This document shows positions 55,901-64,000 of a stretch of 64,000 nucleotides of DNA, piece by piece. The position numbers were made by a program, and so were the translations under genes. Numbering within the stretch: the stretch's first letter is position 1; the number at the start of each line of letters is the position of its first letter. The notes under the pieces were generated by a model. That model made no database searches. It was not told the DNA's origin and saw only the letters and a program-made list of their open reading frames with translations. Origin of the DNA: Methylocystaceae bacterium (GTDB lineage: Bacteria; Pseudomonadota; Alphaproteobacteria; Rhizobiales; Beijerinckiaceae); the NCBI GenBank assembly GCA_014190435.1, contig BJGJ01000003.1:5552-69551 (forward strand), written 5' to 3'.

Positions 55901-58762
55901 ATGGCCAACAAAATGCTTATCGACGCCTCCCACCCCGAGGAAACTCGGGTTGTGGTGTTGCGCGGAAATCGTGTTCAAGAATTTGACTTTGAAGCCGCTG
56001 ACAAGAAACCCCTAAGGGGCAATATTTATCTTGCGAAGGTAACGCGGGTAGAGCCCTCTCTGCAGGCAGCCTTTGTCGATTACGGCGGAAACCGTCATGG
56101 GTTTCTGGCCTTTGCAGAAATCCATCCAGATTATTATCAAATCCCGGTTGCGGATCGTCAGGCCTTGCTTGAGGAGGAAAGTCGCGCCCATCTCCAGGAT
56201 GAAGAGGAAGAACGAGACCGCGCTCCCGCATTTGGCCTCGGGCGTCGTTCGCGACGTCGTCAATATGATAGTGCGGAGAAACGCGCTGACTTTGATGAGG
56301 CTGTGACTGGCGAGCTATCTGAGTTTGAGCCCGGGCTTGAAGTGGATGGGCGTTTTGATGTCCAGCCTGAAGATCTCCCGGGCGAGGTGCAGGAAACATC
56401 AGAAAACGAGGCTGTGGCCGCCCTTCCAGGTGCCTTCTTCCCACCTCCTGAGGAAATCTCAAATTCTGCAGATGAAGCCACCCAACCGCATACGATCTCT
56501 GTTGATCCTTCTGGTTTCGGGTCGGTCCAAGAAGGCACAGCGGAAGAATACACGCGCACTTCGCCTGCATTAGATCATGAAGAAAAGGCTCGCTTGCAGG
56601 ATGAGCGGGACGAAGCGCGGGAACGTGCGAAAGAAAATCTCCTGCCTGAAGGCGTCGATGAAGCTTCAGGCGCTGAGGCAAAAAGCTTTGAAGATGAGCA
56701 TGACGACGACGAGCATGAGGAAGAGGACGCTGTTGAACACATTGGCGGTGACGCCATGGACGAGGCACCTTATCGCGCGTCGCGGCCACGCCGCCAATAT
56801 AAGATCCAGGAAGTCATTAAGCGTCGCCAGGTATTATTAGTGCAGGTTGTCAAAGAAGAAAGAGGCAACAAAGGCGCAGCGCTAACAACCTATTTATCTT
56901 TGGCTGGGCGCTATTCTGTATTGATGCCAAACACAGCGCGCGGCGGCGGCATTTCACGAAAAATTACCGACGGCGCTGATCGCAAACGACTGAAAGAAAT
57001 CGTTCATGATCTTGAAGTGCCGGAGGGTATGGGCGTTATTTTACGCACGGCAGGCGCGTCACGAACAAAAGCTGAGGTCAAAAGAGATTTTGAATATTTG
57101 CTTCGGCTTTGGGAGAGCGTACGCGAACTGACATTGCGTTCAAGCGCTCCTATGCTTGTCTATGAAGAAGGATCGTTAATCAAACGCGCTATTCGCGATC
57201 TCTATGGGCGCGACGTAGAAGAAATTGTCGTGTCTGGCGATGATGCGTATCGCGAAGCAAAAGATTTCATGCGCATGTTGATGCCAAGCCATGCAAAAAA
57301 TGTCAGGCAGCATCGTGAAGCGTTTCCAATATTTGCGGACAGTGGCGTTGAAGCGCAGCTTGATGCTATGTTTTCTAATCATGTCACGCTCAAGTCTGGC
57401 GGTTATTTAGTTATCAATCAGACTGAAGCGCTGGTTGCGATAGATGTTAATTCGGGTCGTTCAACGCGCGAACATAATATCGAGGATACAGCGCTTCGAA
57501 CAAATTTAGAGGCCGCTGACGAAGTCGCTCGTCAGCTGCGCTTGCGTGATCTTGCAGGACTCATTGTTGTCGATTTCATCGACATGGAGGAAGGCAGAAA
57601 TAACCGAGCTGTAGAACGACGAGTTAAAGAAGCCCTCAAGAATGATCGTGCGCGCATTCAAGTTGGCCGGATTTCTCATTTTGGACTTCTTGAGATGTCA
57701 CGCCAACGCATCCGTGCCGGCGTTATCGAAGGATCAACGGTTCCCTGCTCACATTGTCTCGGCGCAGGCCATGTGCGCTCAACCGCGTCAATCGCTTTGC
57801 ACGTTTTGCGTGTCCTTGAAGAGGCGTTGGTGAAGAGCGCGGCGCATGATGTCACATTGAGAACGCGCGCCGTTGTCGCGCTTTATATTCTCAATCAGAA
57901 ACGCGCGCATTTGCATGAATTAGAGCGTCGCTTTGGCGTGCATATCACGGTAGCAGCAGATGATACGCTGACGGGAGCAATCTATCATGCGCTCGAACGC
58001 GGTGCCTTAGCGTCAGGACCGCGCTTGCCGCCTATTCCGTCACCGCTTCGCGTTGATTCCTTACGCGCTGAAGCGCCTGAGGAAGAGTCCTCCGATGACA
58101 CCTTCGTTGAAGATCTTTCATCTGAAGGCGGAGAGGCGGAAGAGGAGTTTGCAAGGTCGTCGACTGGTGAAGATCGCGCCCCGGGACGTTTCTCGTCTGA
58201 CGATGGCGAAGAGGGAGCTGGTCGAGGACGCCGACGTCGGCGCCGTCGCGGTCGGGGTGGGATCAACCAAAATTCAGAGCATATGGCCCTCGAAGCAGAG
58301 CAGCCTTCAGATGAGGGATTAGCTTTTATGGCTGGGATCGACAGTGCTCCAGTCGCCCCCAGAGAGCCTCGTTCCGACCGAAATCCCTATCAGCGTAACC
58401 CGCGTCATGCAGAACGCGGAGCTGGCCGCTGGCGGCGTTCGGCGACAATGTCAGATCAGTTTCTCAATCCAGGTGCTGATCTGACCCAAGACCAGAGCCT
58501 TGCTTCTTCGCAAGAAGTCGCGCCCGCGCCACAAGAAAATCTTTCCCAGCATGCTGAGGAAAGCTTCTATGCGCAACGGCGTCAGGAAGAGACGGCGGCT
58601 TTCGAACCAAGTAAAGCAGCTGAAGTGGAAAGCGCTCATCAGTCCGAATGTGAAATTTCACCACAACGTGAAACAACAGAAGTCGTGATAACTGAGGCCG
58701 ATCCCAATCGTCCTAAGAGGGGTGGTTGGTGGCAGCGCGTGCGGACGCCTTTTGGCGGTTAA
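55901..58762 (+). CDS. rne: Ribonuclease E
   Basis: MANKMLIDA, EPSLQAAF, acidic S1 insertion, DVNSG, DFIDM, Arg-rich tail, terminal GWW; start re-called at ATG 55901. Confidence 0.97.
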   Translation: MANKMLIDASHPEETRVVVLRGNRVQEFDFEAADKKPLRGNIYLAKVTRVEPSLQAAFVDYGGNRHGFLAFAEIHPDYYQIPVADRQALLEEESRAHLQDEEEERDRAPAFGLGRRSRRRQYDSAEKRADFDEAVTGELSEFEPGLEVDGRFDVQPEDLPGEVQETSENEAVAALPGAFFPPPEEISNSADEATQPHTISVDPSGFGSVQEGTAEEYTRTSPALDHEEKARLQDERDEARERAKENLLPEGVDEASGAEAKSFEDEHDDDEHEEEDAVEHIGGDAMDEAPYRASRPRRQYKIQEVIKRRQVLLVQVVKEERGNKGAALTTYLSLAGRYSVLMPNTARGGGISRKITDGADRKRLKEIVHDLEVPEGMGVILRTAGASRTKAEVKRDFEYLLRLWESVRELTLRSSAPMLVYEEGSLIKRAIRDLYGRDVEEIVVSGDDAYREAKDFMRMLMPSHAKNVRQHREAFPIFADSGVEAQLDAMFSNHVTLKSGGYLVINQTEALVAIDVNSGRSTREHNIEDTALRTNLEAADEVARQLRLRDLAGLIVVDFIDMEEGRNNRAVERRVKEALKNDRARIQVGRISHFGLLEMSRQRIRAGVIEGSTVPCSHCLGAGHVRSTASIALHVLRVLEEALVKSAAHDVTLRTRAVVALYILNQKRAHLHELERRFGVHITVAADDTLTGAIYHALERGALASGPRLPPIPSPLRVDSLRAEAPEEESSDDTFVEDLSSEGGEAEEEFARSSTGEDRAPGRFSSDDGEEGAGRGRRRRRRRGRGGINQNSEHMALEAEQPSDEGLAFMAGIDSAPVAPREPRSDRNPYQRNPRHAERGAGRWRRSATMSDQFLNPGADLTQDQSLASSQEVAPAPQENLSQHAEESFYAQRRQEETAAFEPSKAAEVESAHQSECEISPQRETTEVVITEADPNRPKRGGWWQRVRTPFGG

Positions 58763-58792
58763 GCAGGTTAAAGATGAATTGGCTTGCTACTT

Positions 58793-59983
58793 TTATTGTG
58801 GGGCAAGCCAGTCTGCCAATCGGGCTACGCCTTCGGCTATCTCCGCCTCTGGCCCGGCATAAGAGAGGCGTATCCAACTGCCGCCCTTTTGCGGATCGAA
58901 ATCGACGCCCGGGGTTACACCAAGCCCAGCCTCCAGCAACAGACGGCGGGAAAAAGATAAAGAATCCGTCGTCAGATGAGAAACGTCTACGTAAAAATAA
59001 AACGCCCCATCAGGCGGAGCAAAGCGCGTTAGGCCCATTGCAGGCAGGCGCTCCAGCAGCAATTGTCGATTGCGCGCATAAATGAGACGATTATCTTCAA
59101 CTTCTTCACTGGCGCTGAATGCAGCTAGCGCTGCCGTTTGAGAGAGCGTTGGGGGACAAATCGCAAGCGATTGTTGTAATCGTTCAAGCGCGCGCACCCA
59201 AGTCAAAGGCGCAATGATCCAGCCCAAGCGCCAGCCCGTCATGGCGTAAAGTTTAGAAAAAGAATTTATAACAATTGCGTTTTTTGAGAAACATAAAGCA
59301 CTTTGTGCGTGTTTTTCATATTCAAGGCCATGATAAATTTCATCAGAAATAAACGTAATATTTTCTAATTCGCAAAAACGACAAATATTTTCTAGCTCTC
59401 TATTGGAAATCATGGTCCCAGTTGGATTAGCGGGATTCATGAATAACGCACCTTGAAGTTTTTCTTTTTGATGTGAGGCGGCCAGCATCGCTGCGGTTGG
59501 GGTAAAATTATTTTCAAAATCAAGGGACAGCGGCGCTGTTTCTAGACCAAGAGCGGTAAGGATATTTATATAGGCTGGATAACCAGGCTGCGTGACTGCT
59601 ATCCGCGCGCCCCCGTCAAATCCAGCGATGAGCGCAAGAAGAAAAGCCCCAGAGGAACCTGTCGTGATCACAACGCGCTCAGAGGTGATTTTAACATGGT
59701 ATTTTTGTTCGTAAAAAGCTGCGATCTGTTCGCGCAAGGCAAGGTTGCCTAGGGACTCTCCATAACCAAGTTGGCCTTGCGATAGAGCGGCGGCCGCAGC
59801 TTGACGAATTGCGCGGGGCGTTGGGGCTCCGGGCTCCCCCAGCTCCATATGGATAATTTGGCGTCCCGCGCGCTCCAATTCCTTTGCTTCACGCAAAGCG
59901 TCCATGGCGAGAAAGGGTGAGATATCTGAGCGGCGCGACAATTTGGGCGATTTCGTCATTATTTTCTCGCTCAGAATGGTCAA
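58793..59983 (-). CDS. PLP-dependent aminotransferase class I/II
   Basis: ELGEPG, NPANPTG, DEIYHG, NSFSKLYAMTGWRLGW. Confidence 0.92.
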   Translation of the reverse strand: MTILSEKIMTKSPKLSRRSDISPFLAMDALREAKELERAGRQIIHMELGEPGAPTPRAIRQAAAAALSQGQLGYGESLGNLALREQIAAFYEQKYHVKITSERVVITTGSSGAFLLALIAGFDGGARIAVTQPGYPAYINILTALGLETAPLSLDFENNFTPTAAMLAASHQKEKLQGALFMNPANPTGTMISNRELENICRFCELENITFISDEIYHGLEYEKHAQSALCFSKNAIVINSFSKLYAMTGWRLGWIIAPLTWVRALERLQQSLAICPPTLSQTAALAAFSASEEVEDNRLIYARNRQLLLERLPAMGLTRFAPPDGAFYFYVDVSHLTTDSLSFSRRLLLEAGLGVTPGVDFDPQKGGSWIRLSYAGPEAEIAEGVARLADWLAPQ

Positions 59984-60097
59984 GATTTAAAGCATTAGAA
60001 GTGAAAGTCATGCAGCGCCTTTACAAACTGCGTCAAGCGTTGAAAGTGAGTCATTTTTAAGTTTCTCGTGCGATAAGCCTTCAAAAGGTTTGCGTAA

Positions 60098-61388
60098 ATG
60101 TATGAGTTGAGCGTTGAGGCATTAATCTGGCGATTGTCTGTTGCATTCGCGATCGGCCTGCTGATTGGCCTAGAGCGCGGTTGGCAGGCGCGCGGCGAGG
60201 CTGAGGGAGAGCGCGCTGCAGGCTTACGCACCTTTGCGTTGACGGCGCTACTGGGCGGTGTTTGGGGCGCAATTGTTCTTCCGTTTGGCGGCTTTGCTGC
60301 TGTTGGTCTGGCGATAATTTTTATAGGTGTATGCGCTGTTATCGCTTTTTTAGACTTCGTCAGATTGAGCATGATCATACCTATGGCGCGACAACGATTG
60401 TTGCGATCATGCTTGCTTTTTCTCTTGGAGTCATGGCGGTTATTGGACATGAAACGCCGGCAGTCGCCGCTGCTGTTGCAACAACAGCGATGCTGGCGTC
60501 CAAAAACGCCCTGCATAATTGGTTACAAAAATTAACTTGGCCAGAGTTGCGTTCAGCATTGGCGCTCTTGGTGATGAGTTTTATTCTACTGCTAATATTG
60601 CCAAATCATCCAGTTGACGGCTTTGGCGCGATTAATCCTTTTGCATTATGGTTGATGACAGTTTTAACCGCGGTGATCTCATTTGCCGGTTATATAGCGG
60701 TACGTGTGATTGGCTACCAAAGAGGCTTAGCTGTTGCAGGTTTGGCGGGGGGCTTGCCTCATCAACGGCGACAACGGCTGCAATGGCACGATTGGCTGTA
60801 AAATATCCACTGCATGGGAAGGCGTTAGCCGGCGCGGCGGCGTTAGCAAATGCGATTATGGCTTTCCGTGTTTTGATCATTCTTGCAATCGTTAATTTTA
60901 CACTTGCCCTTCAACTTGCAGCTCCACTTATTGTTATTGGCCTCGTCTATGGTGCCAGCGGTATGCTGCTAACACGTTATCCAATAACTGATGAGGATGC
61001 GGTGGACGAAAGATTTATTTTTGAAAATCCTTTAGACATTGTAGCGGTTTTGAAATTTGGCGCATTGCTTTCTGTTGTGATGATCGTGTTAAAACTTGCA
61101 ATCAGTCTCGCAGGTAAGACTGGCGTGTTGGTTGTTGCATTTTTATCAGGACTTGTGGATCTCGACGCTATTGCCTTAGCGATGGGGCGCCACGGTCAAG
61201 AAGAGGTAGGCCTTGGTGTTGCTGCAACGGCTGTTTTATTAGCGCTTGGTGCAAATACAATTGTGAAAATGATAATTGGATGGGGAATGGGTGGCCGAGA
61301 AATGGGCGGTCGCTTTGCTTTTGTTTCGCTTCTTGCTCTGGCTTCTGGCGTCGCCGTTTTATGGGCGGCGCCAAAATTTATTGGATAA
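60098..61388 (+). pseudogene. MgtC/SapB + DUF4010 membrane protein split by two frameshifts (pseudogene, phase-variable gene or assembly error)
   Basis: Frame 1 GLLIGLER..AGLRTF; frame 2 GATT, ELRSAL, INPF.LW, ISFAGY; frame 3 GGLASSTA, NPL....LKFG, SGLVDLDA. Breaks lie at a T6 run (60346-60351) and a G6 run (60747-60752). Confidence 0.8.
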
Positions 61389-61412
61389 GGACTTGCCTAT
61401 ATTCGTGCGGTT

Positions 61413-61733
61413 TTAAAGCGCTGCAGCAATCCATTTTGATAACTCGCCTTTTGGCGCGGCACCAACTTTCTGCGCTGCGGCGACGCCGCCTTTGAAAATA
61501 ATTAAAGTAGGAATTGAGCGAATGCCAAGCTTGCTGGCCACGCCAGGATTTTCATCAATATTTAATTTAACAATTTTTACTTTCCCTTGCATCTCCTGAG
61601 CAATTTCTTCAAGCGCAGGAGCGATCATTCTGCAGGGTCCACACCATTCCGCCCAGAAATCAACAACAACAGGTTCTGCAGATTTGAGTACTTCTTGCTC
61701 AAAATTTGCGTCTGTAATTTTGTGCATGGTCAT
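61413..61733 (-). CDS. trxA: Thioredoxin
   Basis: [17 protein letters not shown]. Confidence 0.97.
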   Translation of the reverse strand: MTMHKITDANFEQEVLKSAEPVVVDFWAEWCGPCRMIAPALEEIAQEMQGKVKIVKLNIDENPGVASKLGIRSIPTLIIFKGGVAAAQKVGAAPKGELSKWIAAAL

Positions 61734-61934
61734 ATCGCGGTCCTTTCATTGTAGGCTATCAAAGCCGTGTATCGGCAGTTGGGCCGCTTCCAATTATTGA
61801 CTCTAGCAAGATTTTCCCCTGGCGCGAAAGCCTAGGGACAGGCTCTTCTAATTCTCTTACATGACCCTATGAAGAGGGTTTTTCAGCGTCAAGTCTTATG
61901 GGACGGCTTATTAACTGAGTTCAATTACGGCTAT

Positions 61935-63470
61935 TTATAGAGGAATATTATCGTGTTTCTTCCAAGGATTTTCCAATTCCTTGTGTCGAAGCAAGGCAAG
62001 AGCGCGGGCTATTCTTTTGCGCGTGCTGTTTGGCGAGATTACTTCATCAATATAGCCGCGTTCAGCCGCAACAAAAGGAGAAAGGAAGCGGTCTTCATAT
62101 TCCTTTGTGCGCTGGGCAATTTTGTCTGCATCCCCAATATCAGCTCTAAAAATAATTTCGACAGCGCCCTTTGCGCCCATTACGGCGATTTGTGCTGATG
62201 GCCAGGCATAGTTCACATCGCCGCGCAAATGTTTTGATGACATAACGTCATAGGCTCCGCCAAAAGCCTTGCGTGTAATCAGGGTTACTTTTGGAACGGT
62301 GGCTTCAGCGTAAGCAAAGAGAAGCTTGGCGCCGTGTTTAATTAAGCCGCCATATTCTTGCGCAGTGCCGGGAAGAAACCCGGGAACGTCGACAAGCGTT
62401 ACAATCGGAATATTGAAGCAATCGCAGAAACGAACAAAGCGTGCGGCTTTCTTGGAGGCGTCAATATCAAGAACGCCCGCAAGAACCATTGGCTGATTTG
62501 CGACAATACCAATTGTTCGGCCCTCGACGCGGCCAAAGCCAATAATGATATTTTTTGCGTGAGCTTCTTGTAATTCAAAGAAATCACCCTCATCGATGAT
62601 TTTATGAATGAGCTCCTTAATATCATAAGGCTTATTTGGATTGTCTGGAATAAGCGTATCGAGAGAATAGTCGAGACGCTCAGCGTCATCAAAGCTAGAC
62701 CATTCAGGCGGTTCTTCTGTGTTAGAGGATGGCAGAAAATCGATTAAGCGCCGCATTTGTAGCAATGCTTCAAGGTCATTGTCGTAGCCTCGATCTGCAA
62801 TGGAGCTTTTGGTTGTATGAACGGAAGCGCCGCCGAGCTCTTCTGCGGTTACTGTTTCATTTGTGACGGTTTTTACGACTTCTGGTCCGGTAACAAACAT
62901 ATAGCTTGTGTCGCGCACCATGAAGATAAAATCGGTCATAGCCGGGGAATAAACATCGCCGCCTGCGCAGGGGCCCATGATCAGCGAGATTTGAGGAATG
63001 ACGCCAGATGCAAGCACATTGCGTTGAAAGACTTCGCCATAACCGCCAAGCGCGGCGACTCCTTCTTGAATACGCGCACCGCCAGCGTCAAAAAGACCAA
63101 TAATTGGCGCGCGATTTTTTAGCGCCATATCCTGGAGTTTAGTAATTTTTTGCGCATGAGTTTCTGACAAAGAGCCGCCAAATACGGTGAAGTCTTTAGC
63201 AAAAACAAAAATCGCCCGACCGTTGACGGTTCCCCATCCCGTCACGACGCCGTCTCCAGAGGTTTTCTCTCCTTGATCCATGCCAAAGTCGGCGCAGCGA
63301 TGCGTCACGAACATATCGAATTCTTCGAAGGATCCTTGATCAAGCAAGAGATCGATGCGTTCTCGTGCGGTGAGCTTGCCGCGCGCATGTTGAGCATCAA
63401 TGCGCTTTTGTCCACCGCCAAGACGCGCTGATGCACGACGATTTTCAAGACCTTCGACAATATGTTTCAT
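61935..63470 (-). CDS. pccB: Propionyl-CoA carboxylase beta subunit
   Basis: [38 protein letters not shown]. Confidence 0.93.
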   Translation of the reverse strand: MKHIVEGLENRRASARLGGGQKRIDAQHARGKLTARERIDLLLDQGSFEEFDMFVTHRCADFGMDQGEKTSGDGVVTGWGTVNGRAIFVFAKDFTVFGGSLSETHAQKITKLQDMALKNRAPIIGLFDAGGARIQEGVAALGGYGEVFQRNVLASGVIPQISLIMGPCAGGDVYSPAMTDFIFMVRDTSYMFVTGPEVVKTVTNETVTAEELGGASVHTTKSSIADRGYDNDLEALLQMRRLIDFLPSSNTEEPPEWSSFDDAERLDYSLDTLIPDNPNKPYDIKELIHKIIDEGDFFELQEAHAKNIIIGFGRVEGRTIGIVANQPMVLAGVLDIDASKKAARFVRFCDCFNIPIVTLVDVPGFLPGTAQEYGGLIKHGAKLLFAYAEATVPKVTLITRKAFGGAYDVMSSKHLRGDVNYAWPSAQIAVMGAKGAVEIIFRADIGDADKIAQRTKEYEDRFLSPFVAAERGYIDEVISPNSTRKRIARALALLRHKELENPWKKHDNIPL

Positions 63471-63512
63471 CGTCTAACCTATTTTGGTGTCCCAGCTTCT
63501 GCTGGTTGTTTG

Positions 63513-64000
63513 TTAAAGTTTGCGTGAAGCAAGACGCCAGCGCGCAATATCATTACCAGTAAGCATATAGAGTTGATCAGGAGATGTGCGTTCAGCAAGA
63601 TTAACAAGATCAACACTTACACCCATGGCGCGTGCATAATTAGAAAGCGTTAACCGCATGCCGCCATCATCAAGATTGCGCTCTTGTACGATGCCGCCTT
63701 CGGAAAAATCAAAATTTGTTGAATAGTTAAACATGCGATGCACGCCAACGCGGCTTTCAGGCGGTATAATGCGTTTTCTTCCACCCATAAGCGCATAGAC
63801 GCACGCCGAATAGCAGCGACCAGAGATCATCGATACGCTGCGCGTGGCTGTTTCAGCGCCAGGGCGCGCAATAATTACCGCCATCCCCAGGCGACGAATG
63901 GCGCGTCCCAACTCCATTGACGCGACAACTTTCCCTCCAGGAGAATCAAGTAAGACGATGCCATGTAAATTATTCTGGCCGACTTGCTCTTGAACAAAGC
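63513..64000 (-). CDS. Hypothetical protein with ClpP/crotonase-like motifs (5' end runs off the window)
   Basis: Frame is open to the window edge: FVQEQVGQNNLHGIVLLDSPGGKVVASMELG...CYSACVYALMGG..R.....SRVGVH. Confidence 0.7.
   Translation of the reverse strand, partial: FVQEQVGQNNLHGIVLLDSPGGKVVASMELGRAIRRLGMAVIIARPGAETATRSVSMISGRCYSACVYALMGGRKRIIPPESRVGVHRMFNYSTNFDFSEGGIVQERNLDDGGMRLTLSNYARAMGVSVDLVNLAERTSPDQLYMLTGNDIARWRLASRKL

Noticed and set aside
56160-56780. Large acidic low-complexity insertion and Arg-rich tail in RNase E
   Set aside because: Known features of alphaproteobacterial RNase E; not an intein or mobile insertion.
55917-56789. 290-aa antisense ORF and the many other short overlapping ORFs in the track
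   Set aside because: Shadow frames of well-supported genes (rne, RND pumps, hpnN, ptsP) with no recognisable motifs.

Overview
Chromosomal backbone of an alphaproteobacterium. The gene content suggests Hyphomicrobiales, probably Methylocystaceae/Beijerinckiaceae-like (inference). GC looks low for that group, roughly 45-50% by eye. About 45 CDSs: Ni/Co transporter plus DUF1007, indolepyruvate oxidoreductase, cobK-cobQ-cobD-bluB, an OMF-mdtABC RND pump, DUF2147 plus an HpnN-like MMPL transporter, ccdA, purB, ccmIEFH, purH, prfA, ptsP, a membrane PAS-GGDEF-EAL protein, ligA, ccmAB, PBP1A, an amidase, rne, trxA and pccB. I saw no rRNA, tRNA, CRISPR, IS or phage genes. The standout is a tightly coupled four-gene minus-strand operon at 45645-49819. 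It encodes an alpha-oxoamine synthase (SPT-like), a GNAT-type bacterial ceramide synthase, a eukaryote-type DEGS sphingolipid delta-4 desaturase/C4-hydroxylase and an Scs7/FA2H-type fatty acid 2-hydroxylase. This is a candidate bacterial pathway to eukaryote-like desaturated, 2-hydroxylated ceramides. A second oddity is an MgtC/DUF4010 gene broken by two single-base losses in homopolymers. All family assignments come from motif recognition, not database searches.
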